Assembly (NCBI GenBank): GCA_963702025.1
Contig: OY969699.1
Location: 448,001 to 512,000, forward strand
Direction: 5' to 3'
From: an uncultured bacterium
GTDB lineage: Bacteria; Babelota; Babeliae; Babelales; Vermiphilaceae
Length of the DNA: 64,000 nt
The position numbers and the translations under genes were made by a program. This document shows positions 1-10,522 of this stretch, piece after piece. How positions within the stretch are numbered: the first letter of the stretch is position 1; every line of letters begins with the position of its first letter. Under the pieces are notes generated by a model that was not told the origin of the DNA, searched no databases, and saw nothing but the letters and a program-made list of their open reading frames with translations.

Positions 1-373
1 GAATGCCAAACAAAAGGTAGAGCCCGATCGCTGAACCAATCACTTCAGCCAGGTCGGTTGCAATTACCGCAAGTTCGGCTAAAATCCATAATCCAAGGGC
101 AACTTTTGGATGATAATGATCGCGGCAAAATCGGGCAAGATCTTTGCCGGTTACAATACCCAGTTTTAATGCGCAAAATTGAAGCAGCATTGCCATAAAA
201 TTTGAGATCAGGATCACGCTTAATAAGGTGTACCCATAGCGAGCGCCACCAGCAAGATCGGTTGCCCAGTTACCCGGATCCATATAGCCAACGGCAATAA
301 GATAACCGGGACCAGTAGCGGCCAAGAATCGTTTAAAAAAAGGTTTTAGATGAAAAAAAAAGGGGATAATCAT
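1..373 (-). CDS. mntH: Nramp-family divalent metal (Mn2+) transporter, 5' part (runs off window)
   Basis: Manual translation gives [31 protein letters not shown]...[16 protein letters not shown] is the Nramp signature. ATG at 373. Confidence 0.93.
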   Translation of the reverse strand, partial: MIIPFFFHLKPFFKRFLAATGPGYLIAVGYMDPGNWATDLAGGARYGYTLLSVILISNFMAMLLQFCALKLGIVTGKDLARFCRDHYHPKVALGLWILAELAVIATDLAEVIGSAIGLYLLFGI

Positions 374-442
374 AAGCAAAGTATAGCCCTTTTAAGGCAT
401 TAACTCTATTCTGAACATTGAAAAAAAAGTAAAGGGAATCTT

Positions 443-1195
443 ATGGAAAATAATTTTTTATTTTTAAGAAATTCGTTTTTATATGCGATTAATGCTTTTC
501 TTTCGCATCCCGGTTTTTTTATTGTGGTGATGCTTGCTTTTGTTGGTACTATTCTGGCTGCTGCAATAGGTTTTTTTGCGGTCGCCCTTATTCCGGTTTG
601 GCTACTCCAATCAACGTTTTTATCCGCTTTAATAGCAATTTTTTATGGCCTTTTTTTAATAGTGTTTATTGCAAAATTATATTTTGGCCTTTGGAAGCTC
701 TTTCTTTCTTTTTATGACAATGGCAGTAAACCAGTTCCTCTTTCAACCATTTTTAGTGTAAACAATAAAAGGCAGCTTGGGCGTCTTTTTGGATTTTTAG
801 TTCTTTCTTCTTTGTTTTTTGCCATGATGGATATTTTGTTCTCGAGCCTTTTTACCGGAAAAGATTTATCATTATTAGTTTTGATTATTGGTATTCCATG
901 CACATATTACGCGGTTCGATTTATCTTTGGTATACTTTCTATTCTTGATAAGAATATATCGGTTATTAAAGGATTTAAACGAAGTTGCGCGCTCACCAAA
1001 GATAACTTTTTCGCGGTATTTTTGATTGTTGTTGCCTCATGGTTTATGCATCGGCTTGCTTCGCTGTTAAGTAAAAGTTTTGCCGGAACTAATAATCTGG
1101 TAATTGGTATAGTTTTTACGCTCATCGCGCTTATGATTATACCGATTACTCATCTGATGTTTGTATATGCTTATCGTGTGCTGGGGGAAAAATAA
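443..1195 (+). CDS. Polytopic membrane protein, unknown function
   Basis: 250 aa with about 6 hydrophobic segments. Confidence 0.7.
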   Translation: MENNFLFLRNSFLYAINAFLSHPGFFIVVMLAFVGTILAAAIGFFAVALIPVWLLQSTFLSALIAIFYGLFLIVFIAKLYFGLWKLFLSFYDNGSKPVPLSTIFSVNNKRQLGRLFGFLVLSSLFFAMMDILFSSLFTGKDLSLLVLIIGIPCTYYAVRFIFGILSILDKNISVIKGFKRSCALTKDNFFAVFLIVVASWFMHRLASLLSKSFAGTNNLVIGIVFTLIALMIIPITHLMFVYAYRVLGEK

Positions 1196-1735
1196 TTATT
1201 CCTTTATATTTTTTGCAAGCAGCGAAAGCATCACCAAAGACCAGCCGCTGAAAACAAGGTCAATCCCCACAAAAAGTCCGATAATATACAAGCTTGAATA
1301 GGGCCATTGATACAAAATAAGAATACCCAGTGCAAGGGTAACGATACCGCTGGTTAATACCCAAATCCAGTGCGTAAATTTTTTGGTTAAAGACATAACA
1401 ATACGCACAATGCCTTGAACTATAAACAAGAATGATAAAAATAGTGTTAGTGATGCAGCGCCAATGAGTGGGTTATACAAAATGAGACCACCGGCAACAA
1501 ATGAAAATAATCCTGTAAGTAATTGGAGTAAAAATCCACTCCAGTTGCGAGCCCAAAAAGCATAGCCGACTTGTATAAATCCGGCGAGTATCAAAAGCCA
1601 ACCCACCAGGAATACGGAAATAAAGGTTGTAGTAACCACTGAGTAGATTGCAAATATTCCTAGCGCAATAAGCCCAATGCCGAGCCCAAAAGAAAGACCG
1701 GCCGATTCTTTAATAGTACGAACTTCTGAATTCAT
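1196..1735 (-). CDS. hdeD: HdeD/DUF308-family membrane protein
   Basis: Repeated GxxxxxxG TM pattern and C-terminal WPxSSLYIIGLFVGIDLVFSGW typical of HdeD; GGAG RBS. Confidence 0.8.
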   Translation of the reverse strand: MNSEVRTIKESAGLSFGLGIGLIALGIFAIYSVVTTTFISVFLVGWLLILAGFIQVGYAFWARNWSGFLLQLLTGLFSFVAGGLILYNPLIGAASLTLFLSFLFIVQGIVRIVMSLTKKFTHWIWVLTSGIVTLALGILILYQWPYSSLYIIGLFVGIDLVFSGWSLVMLSLLAKNIKE

Positions 1736-1853
1736 GGTTTCTCCTTTTTATGAATATCCAGTACAAAATTCTAAAAAATTATAAAAGCCATTGTAAAGAA
1801 TTTTGATTCCTGAGTATAACCTTTGTGATGATAGTTATAAAAGAGGGATGTTT

Positions 1854-2513
1854 ATGAAAAAATTAGTAACGATTTTGTTCTTACTAGCCAACATTGCACC
1901 AGGAATGGAAAAACCGCTTGAGACGAGCAGTAAGAAAAATTCTCCTCGTAAAGAGAGTTCACCAGTTAACAATAGCCCATCAAATTCGCGTATTGGCAGA
2001 GAAAAAGGAGGAACGTTCAAACGCAAATCATTGGATATAAGCCATCTTAAAGAAGAACTTAATAAAATTGGTGGTCCGAGTTTAGAAGATAAACTTAAAA
2101 ATGCACAGCAATTAACACCACGCAGCAAAGAAAAAATATTTCAAGAAATTTTCTCTTTGCCAGACCACCCTGAATTTATACCTTATAAAGCCCGTGTTTG
2201 TGAGTTAAAATATAATGAAATGTTAGAGTTGGCAAAAGGCACATTAAGAAATATTAGTACATACCTTTCTATGAAGAATCTGAATTTTCAGCAAGAGGCA
2301 CGTGCGAGCATTTCAGTTTTTCCGAAGTATTATTATAATGCCAGACAAAACTTGATTAAGAAAATATCATACCAAAATTCCACCCTGACTGAATATGAAG
2401 GCGAGCTGGAAGCAGATAAGGATCTACTACCATTATTGTTCGAATATTTTACAAAATTTCATTGTCTTTTGGCGCCGATAAATAAGCAACCACCTTCGGG
2501 AAAAAGTACCTGA
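1854..2513 (+). CDS. Secreted hypothetical protein (signal peptide + GME motif), Ser/Pro/basic low-complexity N-terminus
   Basis: MKKLVTILFLLANIAPG|MEKP; start moved to the ATG after GAGG. Confidence 0.7.
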   Translation: MKKLVTILFLLANIAPGMEKPLETSSKKNSPRKESSPVNNSPSNSRIGREKGGTFKRKSLDISHLKEELNKIGGPSLEDKLKNAQQLTPRSKEKIFQEIFSLPDHPEFIPYKARVCELKYNEMLELAKGTLRNISTYLSMKNLNFQQEARASISVFPKYYYNARQNLIKKISYQNSTLTEYEGELEADKDLLPLLFEYFTKFHCLLAPINKQPPSGKST

Positions 2514-2601
2514 ACTAAAAATGCATTTTCCTTATTGACGCATATCATATGCCTGTGTTTAAATAGGATGATTTTCAGTATCAAATTATTAAAGAGAAAA
2601 T

Positions 2602-3258
2602 ATGAAAATAAAATTAGTACTGCTTCTCGTTTTATTGAGTGTTCTTAATTTACCAGCTATGGAAAAGAGTTCTGTGTCTAGAGTCCTTGATCCGGAAGGG
2701 TTCTATTTTGATGGTCTTGTAAATGGTCTGTCCGATCATCATAGAATAAGTAGGTTAACGCTTGCCCGCGAAGCACATTTAGAATTTCAAAAGAATTTTC
2801 CTTACTGTAAATGGGTATACGATTCATACGCCAAAGATGATGACTTCTCGGTAGTCGCAATAGCTAACCCAAAAAGTGAGGATAAGAACAGAGTATGGTT
2901 GCAAATGTTGCCTGTCACCGATGAGGGACAATGGCCTAAAATAAAAGTTGCTTGCCTTCGCTTAGATAATCTCTTTAAAGCGCAACCTGAAGCATATATA
3001 ATGCTTGCCTATACAATTGAAGAGAATGGTAAAAAATTATTTCAATCAAGAATTGCACCCGCACGAGATTCATATTTTGCCAATTCATCCGTTGTTTCTA
3101 GCCATGAATCGAATGAGCACAAGGATAAAAAAATAATGGCATTGTTAAAATTTTTTTTAGAAGAAAAAGAGCCTACAGTGGGACAGATTAAACTGGATAC
3201 CCAAATATTGCCCGTTATTCAAAATGAATTAGGTCCAAAAGTTACGTTAGATATGTGA
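2602..3258 (+). CDS. Secreted hypothetical protein (signal peptide + AME motif)
   Basis: MKIKLVLLLVLLSVLNLPA|MEKS. Confidence 0.75.
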   Translation: MKIKLVLLLVLLSVLNLPAMEKSSVSRVLDPEGFYFDGLVNGLSDHHRISRLTLAREAHLEFQKNFPYCKWVYDSYAKDDDFSVVAIANPKSEDKNRVWLQMLPVTDEGQWPKIKVACLRLDNLFKAQPEAYIMLAYTIEENGKKLFQSRIAPARDSYFANSSVVSSHESNEHKDKKIMALLKFFLEEKEPTVGQIKLDTQILPVIQNELGPKVTLDM

Positions 3259-3317
3259 GGTGCAGGAAAATATCTTCCAGAACTTGATTTTAGAAGAATG
3301 TAACTTTTGATTAGGAC

Positions 3318-5162
3318 TTACCGTTTAAACTTCTTTTCAATTTCATAAAGTGGCAATGCCCATCCGGTTGGCCGGCCATGTGGGCACGTGAAACGATTTG
3401 GGGTGTCTTCCAGATCATTGAGTAATTTTTGCATTTGTCCGGTAGTGAGTACATCGCCGGCCTTTACCGCGGCTTTACATGCCATCTGCGCGTGCAATTT
3501 TTCATGTATCTTTTTAGCAAACTCCGCAGAATCCAATTTTTGAAAATCGGTAATCCAGCCAATCGCTTGGCGTATGAGCTCTTCCAGTTGAATCTCTTTT
3601 AAATGTACCGGAACTGCTTGTATTGCCAGTTGATTATGTCCAATCGGCTCTATGAGAATATTATTATCGGCGAACAAATATAAATGGGGTTCAATAATTG
3701 CCAATTCTTGCCCACTTAATTGAATAACTTGAGGGAAAAGTAGTTGGACCGATGTAGATTCTTTAAATCGGTGGGCAAATTCTTCATAAAGAATGCGCTC
3801 ATGCGCAGCGTGCTGATCAACCAGAAAAAGACTCTCTTCTCGTTCTATCAAGATATAGGTCTTATTAAATTGGCCAATGATAGTGTATTCGCTTGATGGA
3901 GATGTTTGAATGTATGTTTGTTCAACTGTATTCACATCTTTTGTGATTTGAGGATCCTCTTGCCCAGCATTAAAAAGTGTCTGACGCGGGCCATCGTTCA
4001 AAATAATTTGTTGCGGCGTGATCGGTGAATAATTGGTCACATTTAAATTTTCGATTGCCTTGAGTGCTTGAGTTTGCTCTGGACTAAAGTTGTTTTTTCT
4101 TTCGGGCCACGTTGCAAAATTAGAAGAACGTATCGAGGGGTTAAAACTTACTTTTTTATTCAATTGCGCAGAAAGATGTGTTTCAAGAGCTTCTTTTACC
4201 ATTGCCTGCACCGCCGTTTCAATAATTCGTGGTTGCAAAAATTGTATCTCTTCTTTGCGCGGATGAATATTAACATCAATTAATGCCGGATCAATGGTAA
4301 TGTTGATCGCGGCAAGAGGAAATTTATCCGGCTGCAATACATTGAGATATCCTTTTAGAAGAGCTTTGCCCAAAAGATGATTTTTTACCCATCGTTTATT
4401 AACAAAGAAAAAAATGGCTGATCGATCATAACGGCTATAGGTATGATTGCTAACTACTCCCTCAAGAGAAAATGTTTCACTTTTTTTTTCAACTGATATC
4501 AATTGGGATGCTATGTTGTGATCCCATAATTGCGCGATGCGCGATGCGGCATGCGTGGTTGCTGGACAATTAAAGAGCAGATTCTCTTGAGAATAGAGTT
4601 TGAAGCTCACCGCTGTGTAGTGCAAACCAAATGATTGAAAGAGAGTGACAATATGGCGCCATTCTGTTTCAGTGCTTTTTAAAAATTTTTTGCGCGCGGG
4701 AATATTAAAAAAAAGATCCTGGATAGTAATATCGGTGCCGGTATTGCCAGTCGCCGATTCTTGTTGAGTGATAATTGCCTGATCAAGGGTCACTTTGGTG
4801 GCATGAAGACTTTCAGCTTGTTTAGTGGTTAATATTACCTTGCTTACCGCACTAATGCTCGAGAGCGCTTCGCCGCGAAATCCAAAAGTGTCCAAAGTTG
4901 CCAGATCTTCAACGCGGCTTAATTTGCTCGTTGCATGGTGCGTAAAGCAGGTGATAGCATCTTCTTGATCCATGCCGCATCCGTTATCAATAACGCGGAT
5001 CAATGATTTGCCCGCGTCTTCAATAAAGATGGTAATGTGTGTGGCCCCCGCATCAAGCGCATTTTCAACAAGTTCTTTTACCACATTTGCCGGCCGTTCG
5101 ACAACTTCTCCCGCCGCGATTTTTTGTGCTTCTTGCGCTGATAGTTGTTTGATGCGTCCCAC
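3318..5162 (-). CDS. mutL: DNA mismatch repair protein MutL
   Basis: IAAGEVVERPANVVKELVENALDAGA, GFRGEAL, DQHAAHER, ACK and CPHGRP motifs. Confidence 0.98.
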   Translation of the reverse strand: MGRIKQLSAQEAQKIAAGEVVERPANVVKELVENALDAGATHITIFIEDAGKSLIRVIDNGCGMDQEDAITCFTHHATSKLSRVEDLATLDTFGFRGEALSSISAVSKVILTTKQAESLHATKVTLDQAIITQQESATGNTGTDITIQDLFFNIPARKKFLKSTETEWRHIVTLFQSFGLHYTAVSFKLYSQENLLFNCPATTHAASRIAQLWDHNIASQLISVEKKSETFSLEGVVSNHTYSRYDRSAIFFFVNKRWVKNHLLGKALLKGYLNVLQPDKFPLAAINITIDPALIDVNIHPRKEEIQFLQPRIIETAVQAMVKEALETHLSAQLNKKVSFNPSIRSSNFATWPERKNNFSPEQTQALKAIENLNVTNYSPITPQQIILNDGPRQTLFNAGQEDPQITKDVNTVEQTYIQTSPSSEYTIIGQFNKTYILIEREESLFLVDQHAAHERILYEEFAHRFKESTSVQLLFPQVIQLSGQELAIIEPHLYLFADNNILIEPIGHNQLAIQAVPVHLKEIQLEELIRQAIGWITDFQKLDSAEFAKKIHEKLHAQMACKAAVKAGDVLTTGQMQKLLNDLEDTPNRFTCPHGRPTGWALPLYEIEKKFKR

Positions 5163-5261
5163 GATGCTCTTTCTGAAGTTTAAGAAAATAGTTATTTCTC
5201 TAGTTTAAATTTTTCCTTAGCTTTCTCAATCAGTTTTTTAAATATGTGCCTATTCTTTTTT

Positions 5262-6332
5262 TTAACTATCTTTTTTTTCAATTAATTTTTTGATTTTTAC
5301 CGTAAACTCTTTTTGCTCTTTGCGTAACGAGCTTTGTGTCTCTTTCAGTTTTTTTGCTAAAAATTCTTGCCATTTTAATTCTTTTGGGGTTTCTGAGTTC
5401 TGGGAAGTTAGAATTTTTTGCGTGTCAGGATCAATGCGTAATGATTCTCTTTTTCTGCGTGATTCTTGTGTATGTATTGTTTCAAGCCGTTTATAAAGTT
5501 GATCGGAAAAAATGGTTTGAGTTAAAATGGGGAAATACGTGCTCTCAAAAAATATAATATCTTTTAGAGCATAGGTAATATAAGGATAAGCCTTATAGCA
5601 TTTGTTTTGATAGGTTGAAATAAAAATATCAAGCGCTTGCTTATAGGTATCATGTGCTTCAAAAAGGCGCTCTTTTTCAGATTCTGCCAATGGCGAATCT
5701 TGTATAGATGCGGCGCGGGCAGATAATGCCACGCCATTATGGAGATCCATGCAAGAATATTCATCCATTGAATTACGTCTGACGCGTTCTGGGCTCTCAT
5801 CATTATCTTTAATTTCTAAAAAAGATTTATCTACCAGAAGTAACATGGAATCATACAGCCTATTAAAGTGGGATAGCACTCGGGGCGGATTGCTTACGGT
5901 GTCCAGAGCCTGTAAATGTAAGCTTTCTTCGGGTGATAAATGATCTTTTTTAAGAAATTCAAAAATAATTCTATGCAGGGGATGAATTGGCGCATTGGGA
6001 TTTATTTTTTGAATTTGAAACTCATTTCCTAAAAGCAATACCTGCATCTTTTTAATATGAACCATAATTTCCGGATCTTCTTTATTTTTTTCATAGGCGC
6101 TTAAAAAACATTTGAGCGCTTTAACATAACGAAGCTGAACCATATTTTTGGCAAGCAATTGTTTGCTTGTGCTATAGAAAATGTCTAGTTCAATTGCCTC
6201 TTGTTCAAGCTGGGTGCATTCGGAGTATTTTTTTTCTCGGGTGAAAGTCCTTTTTGCCGGTGACGGCGGGGGCAATTCCATAGTTAATGCGGCAGAAAAA
6301 TAGATAATCCATAAAATGGCCATTTTTTTCAT
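5262..6332 (-). CDS. Secreted helical hypothetical protein (signal peptide + TME motif)
   Basis: MKKMAILWIIYFSAALT|MELP; 356 aa; GGAGG RBS. Confidence 0.7.
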   Translation of the reverse strand: MKKMAILWIIYFSAALTMELPPPSPAKRTFTREKKYSECTQLEQEAIELDIFYSTSKQLLAKNMVQLRYVKALKCFLSAYEKNKEDPEIMVHIKKMQVLLLGNEFQIQKINPNAPIHPLHRIIFEFLKKDHLSPEESLHLQALDTVSNPPRVLSHFNRLYDSMLLLVDKSFLEIKDNDESPERVRRNSMDEYSCMDLHNGVALSARAASIQDSPLAESEKERLFEAHDTYKQALDIFISTYQNKCYKAYPYITYALKDIIFFESTYFPILTQTIFSDQLYKRLETIHTQESRRKRESLRIDPDTQKILTSQNSETPKELKWQEFLAKKLKETQSSLRKEQKEFTVKIKKLIEKKDS

Positions 6333-6368
6333 ATGACATCCCTCCCTACTACTTGAAAATATTTCCGT

Positions 6369-6881
6369 TTAGGAATAGCTCTGTTTCTTTAATATTGCCA
6401 CCATTCTATTTTTTTCAGCGCATTCAAGCGCCGTTATAGCAACGCCCTTACAGGGTTCATAGGCGCATAAACTTTGCGAAAAAGATACCAATTGCTTGCT
6501 GGTTGCTGCGCCAATTTTAATTTCAATGCCCTTTTTGTTATATGAAAGAGATTCAATGGTTGTGCCATTTTTAGCAAGTTTATTGAGCTGTTTTAAAAGA
6601 TCCGCGGGATTTGATTGATTGCCGAGCATATGGTTATAGAGATTTTGATGTGCCGTTTTTTGTTCACGGGCTTGATGCATTACCGTATCAAAATTTTTTA
6701 ATTCATTGCTCAGCATGCTTTGTTGATCGCGGAGCATTGTAAGATGCGTATAGTTAACCCATGATATGCCAGCAAAAATTGTGGCGATTAAACACAAGGT
6801 GAATGCCGTTAGTAATAACCACTGATTAACGCGCATTCTTTTTTTTTCGGTAGCATTTTTTACAAAATAAAACGGTTGCAT
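6369..6881 (-). CDS. PilN-like membrane-anchored coiled-coil protein (type IV pilus/T2SS alignment complex)
   Basis: N-terminal TM, coiled coil, then alpha/beta domain; directly downstream of a PilM-like gene. Confidence 0.5.
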   Translation of the reverse strand: MQPFYFVKNATEKKRMRVNQWLLLTAFTLCLIATIFAGISWVNYTHLTMLRDQQSMLSNELKNFDTVMHQAREQKTAHQNLYNHMLGNQSNPADLLKQLNKLAKNGTTIESLSYNKKGIEIKIGAATSKQLVSFSQSLCAYEPCKGVAITALECAEKNRMVAILKKQSYS

Positions 6882-6886
6882 TTACG

Positions 6887-7570
6887 TTACTCTCTTTCTT
6901 GATAATAAAGGCCGGCAAAGGTTAACAGGGTCTTTTTTTCTTGAATAGTATCAATGGATATCGATTGCGGGATTGTCATCAACCGACCAATCGTTTGATC
7001 GCTGATTACCGTTTCGAGATGATATTCGCTACGAGTTAGGTCTACGCCTAATTGTGATTGCCTGAATGCGGCGCCATACATTTGCCGATAGGCCTGTATG
7101 AGGGCCATATAATCGCTGGAAATACCCATCAACTGAGCGCCCACTTTTTGGGCAATCATATAATAGTGAGCGATCGCATGCCGGGTAATGCCGGCAAGAT
7201 AAAAAAGATGTTGCCCGTTATCCATGCTTAATAAATAACGGTATTCCCAAATTAATTTTTTTAAATTAGATGATGCAACATCTGCAATGCGTGGACTCAT
7301 GGTGGTAAAGCTCTGCAATTGCTCATAAATGAGTGGTGATTTGAGACTGATAATCAAGGGTGTATTTTGTGCCGTGTTTTTTTTAATAAAGTTTTTTATA
7401 AATGGCGCAATGTTTAAAAATGAATAGGTTTCAAGTGAATGGCGTTCAAACGCTTTTAATTTTGGGGTCTTACTATGCTCAGGAGAAAAACAACCGATCG
7501 CCAAATCATGATTGGATAGAGAAAGAGTTATATATTCTTGATTACGTTTTGTTAATGGCCACATTGTCAA
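6887..7570 (-). CDS. PilM-like cytoplasmic protein (divergent)
   Basis: Actin-like N-terminal strand pattern; paired with the PilN-like gene; weak similarity only. Confidence 0.4.
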   Translation of the reverse strand: MTMWPLTKRNQEYITLSLSNHDLAIGCFSPEHSKTPKLKAFERHSLETYSFLNIAPFIKNFIKKNTAQNTPLIISLKSPLIYEQLQSFTTMSPRIADVASSNLKKLIWEYRYLLSMDNGQHLFYLAGITRHAIAHYYMIAQKVGAQLMGISSDYMALIQAYRQMYGAAFRQSQLGVDLTRSEYHLETVISDQTIGRLMTIPQSISIDTIQEKKTLLTFAGLYYQERE

Positions 7571-8456
7571 CTCTCCCGGTTGCCACGCGATCTTTATTTT
7601 CTAGATCCTTCTTAATTGTTACTTCATTATACTGCCGCAAAGCAAGATAATCGGCAACAGCCTTTCCTTGACTACTATCAATTTCAAGAACCAGTTGCGG
7701 AATATGGCTTTTTTTCATCAGTTCATTGGGTTTGATATACAACGGCGCTTGATCAATAATGCGTTTGATAAGAGCCAGCCCGTTATCCGGCGCGATAAGT
7801 GCATTTTTATCTTCCCAGTTTCTCACCGAATTTTCGAGCGTTTGCCACTGACTTTCGGGGATATAGGGCGGATTGCCTACAATGAGATCAAATTTGAACT
7901 CTTTAGGAATTTGATCAAAACAATCAGAACGCAAAAATTGGACGTTGGCAATATGATTATGGCTTTTATTTTCATTAGCCAATGCGAATGCGGCATCGGA
8001 AATATCAGTGCCATACACTTTTGCTTTTGGTAATGCGTCAGCCAGCGCGAGTGCGATGCAACCAGAACCGGTACAAAGATCTAAGATCCATAGTGGTTCA
8101 TTGCGTATGTGGTGTAATTGATCAATAAGATTCGCGCACCATTCTTCTGTTTCCGGTCGCGGAATAAGCACGGGTGCTTTGGTGATAATATCTAAGCCAC
8201 AAAAGGGAGTTGAGCCAAGCAAATAACTGAGCGGCATATCCTGCTTGATGAGTTTAGTAAGTGCATCATCCAGCTTCTTTTGCTCTTCATCTGACCATCT
8301 AATATCGTTTTGGCTAATAAGATCCAATTCTTGCTTCTGGGTAATATATTCTAAAAGCCACCAGGCATATTGGGTGCAGAGTGTTGCGTCAGCGAATTTT
8401 TTTTGCAGTTTTTCTTCAATTGATGCTACAAGTTTTGTTATTTGAATGTTTTTCAT
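7542..8456 (-). CDS. prmC: Release factor glutamine methyltransferase
   Basis: VLIPRPETEE, LDLCTGSGCIA and NPPY motifs. Confidence 0.96.
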   Translation of the reverse strand: MKNIQITKLVASIEEKLQKKFADATLCTQYAWWLLEYITQKQELDLISQNDIRWSDEEQKKLDDALTKLIKQDMPLSYLLGSTPFCGLDIITKAPVLIPRPETEEWCANLIDQLHHIRNEPLWILDLCTGSGCIALALADALPKAKVYGTDISDAAFALANENKSHNHIANVQFLRSDCFDQIPKEFKFDLIVGNPPYIPESQWQTLENSVRNWEDKNALIAPDNGLALIKRIIDQAPLYIKPNELMKKSHIPQLVLEIDSSQGKAVADYLALRQYNEVTIKKDLENKDRVATGRVDNVAINKT

Positions 8457-8471
8457 TATAAACCTAAATTT

Positions 8472-9119
8472 CTACAATGTGTTACACCACCATTTTCGAG
8501 GTGGTTGGTCTAATTCTTGGCTTGTTTTTCCTTTGCCCATAATGAATGGCGACGGGTTGCTATTAAACTCATCCATGGCGGCTAAATAGGCAACTCGTTC
8601 AGCAGTCTTAAATTCTAACCATCGCACATATTCTTTTTTATGATTTACCAGCGGTATTGCAAATGTTTTGGGATTTATATTGCCCAGAACACAAAGCACT
8701 TTTAAATAGGTGCCGGCAGCCTGCACTATTTTTCGATCCGCGGCCGAGGATTTGATGCAATTAACAACATTGAGGATGGATTTATAGTACTCATGCTCCG
8801 GTTGAATGGCGATCAATTGTGCAAAGTTTTTGTTTCGGTAGAGGCGCAGAACGTAGGTCCATGGGTCTTTTATGCTTTCACCAGCACCATGATCCCGATA
8901 ACTCTGGATGAGTGCAAATGCTGTTTCATAATCTTCTTTGCCTGATTTTTTGTGTTCGATAATATCTTTGCGAACAGCATGGGGGCTTTGCTTCAATAGT
9001 TCTATAAGCAACTCATCTAATGTTTGCGGTGTGTATTTCACCACTGGTTTTTCAGTTGGTAGTTCCATGGCATGGAATCTCAAAAAAGTGCATAACAAAA
9101 ATATGCTTAATTTTTTCAT
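8472..9119 (-). CDS. Secreted hypothetical protein (signal peptide + AME), C-terminal CNTL
   Basis: MKKLSIFLLCTFLRFHA|MELP. Confidence 0.7.
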   Translation of the reverse strand: MKKLSIFLLCTFLRFHAMELPTEKPVVKYTPQTLDELLIELLKQSPHAVRKDIIEHKKSGKEDYETAFALIQSYRDHGAGESIKDPWTYVLRLYRNKNFAQLIAIQPEHEYYKSILNVVNCIKSSAADRKIVQAAGTYLKVLCVLGNINPKTFAIPLVNHKKEYVRWLEFKTAERVAYLAAMDEFNSNPSPFIMGKGKTSQELDQPPRKWWCNTL

Positions 9120-9120
9120 A

Positions 9121-9822
9121 CTATTCTCCAGACAGTGCTAACTTTAATAGGAAAATAGTATCAGCTAGTAAACTGGCTTTAACCCAAACTTTTTGTTTCT
9201 CATTTAAAAGTTCACCAATTCCTGAAAGGATGCTCCGATTATTCATATTTTCTAACTCTTTGATTACTAATCGCAGAAATTCTTTATATGTCATATTGGT
9301 TCTTTCTTGAATAATTTTCTTATTGATTGGCCAGTTATTGCGCAAGAAAAACCAAACGTCAAAAATATCACGATTTGCCTTGCCGATTCTTTCATGCATG
9401 GCGACCATTTTATGAGCTGCCATATCTTCTTGTACCATAACTTTCATAGGTATCCCAAGATATTGTTTTAATTCGTATCGGGATCCAAAATTGCGTTTAT
9501 TGATTTCTACTTTTATATTTTGTGCTCCGGTAGTCTTATTCGCATAAGAGAGAAGGAAAAAAAGACTGTATCGTTTTTTTTGTGCTTCCTTAACTTTTCC
9601 ATAATGTTCTAAAATTTCTTTGATGCGATTAAAAATATAATCTTCTTTATTTAAATCTAAAAGATCAAAATCTAAATCAACAGATAAACGTGTTAAACCA
9701 TATAAGAGAAACACTGCTGTTCCCCCCTTAAAACCAAGAAATGGACCTATGGTTGGATCAGTAAAAATATCTTTGAGTATTTGAATTAGAATATTAGTAT
9801 GTTGTCTTGTATCGATCGTCAT
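9121..9822 (-). CDS. abiEii: AbiEii-family nucleotidyltransferase toxin (type IV TA)
   Basis: GFKGGTA, RLSVDLDF, K...R...RDIFD motifs. Confidence 0.9.
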   Translation of the reverse strand: MTIDTRQHTNILIQILKDIFTDPTIGPFLGFKGGTAVFLLYGLTRLSVDLDFDLLDLNKEDYIFNRIKEILEHYGKVKEAQKKRYSLFFLLSYANKTTGAQNIKVEINKRNFGSRYELKQYLGIPMKVMVQEDMAAHKMVAMHERIGKANRDIFDVWFFLRNNWPINKKIIQERTNMTYKEFLRLVIKELENMNNRSILSGIGELLNEKQKVWVKASLLADTIFLLKLALSGE

Positions 9823-9835
9823 AACTCCCCCAATT

Positions 9836-10417
9836 TTATAATTGTTTTTTTCTTGATTTTTCTAATTGCTTAACTACTTTTTCCATTCGTTTATTTTTAT
9901 AGATTTTTAGAATTTCATAAATCTTATTCCAATTAAGCCCGGAAAGATTATCAAAGTGGTAATTTTTATTTAAATAGAGAGTATCTAAAAAAGCGCGTTC
10001 AGGACAAGCAATGCTGTATTGTTCTTTTATTTCAATTCCCATTGCATTCATCAGAGTTTCATTTTTAATTTTTCTGAATGTATAAGTTTTTCCATCGCAA
10101 ACAATATTTTTTGACTGATATGACGCAACAAAAATTTGTGTGTAGTATTGAAAAATAATTCCTGCGGATGCGAGTACCGTTTCAAAACTAATGTAGGATG
10201 GGCTCATTATTTTTGTAGCCAATTCAAGTGGGTCATAATTTTTATCTTTAGCATATAATCCGCGACGAATTCTATAAAGATCGCCTTTTTTTACATAGTA
10301 ATTAACGCGAGATTTAATATTTTTCGTCTCAATTGCAGGCCAAAGCAAGGAAAGTTCTTTAAATGAATAAACAGTTTTATCCGATCGTAATAGATCTTTT
10401 AAAAAGCTTTGAGCCAT
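9836..10417 (-). CDS. abiEi: AbiEi-family antitoxin/transcriptional regulator
   Basis: N-terminal wHTH with RIRRGLY, PSYISFETVL, ACPERAFLDTLY; directly upstream of AbiEii. Confidence 0.85.
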   Translation of the reverse strand: MAQSFLKDLLRSDKTVYSFKELSLLWPAIETKNIKSRVNYYVKKGDLYRIRRGLYAKDKNYDPLELATKIMSPSYISFETVLASAGIIFQYYTQIFVASYQSKNIVCDGKTYTFRKIKNETLMNAMGIEIKEQYSIACPERAFLDTLYLNKNYHFDNLSGLNWNKIYEILKIYKNKRMEKVVKQLEKSRKKQL

Positions 10418-10428
10418 TGGTTTCTCCT

Positions 10429-10473
10429 AATATGATCCAAAGGTTGGAATTATTCTTACCTTTAGATCATATT
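10429..10473. promoter_or_regulatory. Inverted-repeat operator upstream of abiEi
   Basis: AATATGATCCAAAGGT-N13-ACCTTTAGATCATATT (15/16 match), immediately 5' of the abiEi RBS. Confidence 0.7.
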
Positions 10474-10522
10474 ATACAACCAAGCCTCATTTTTCAAGAA
10501 TTTTAGTAAATGCTGATTTTTT

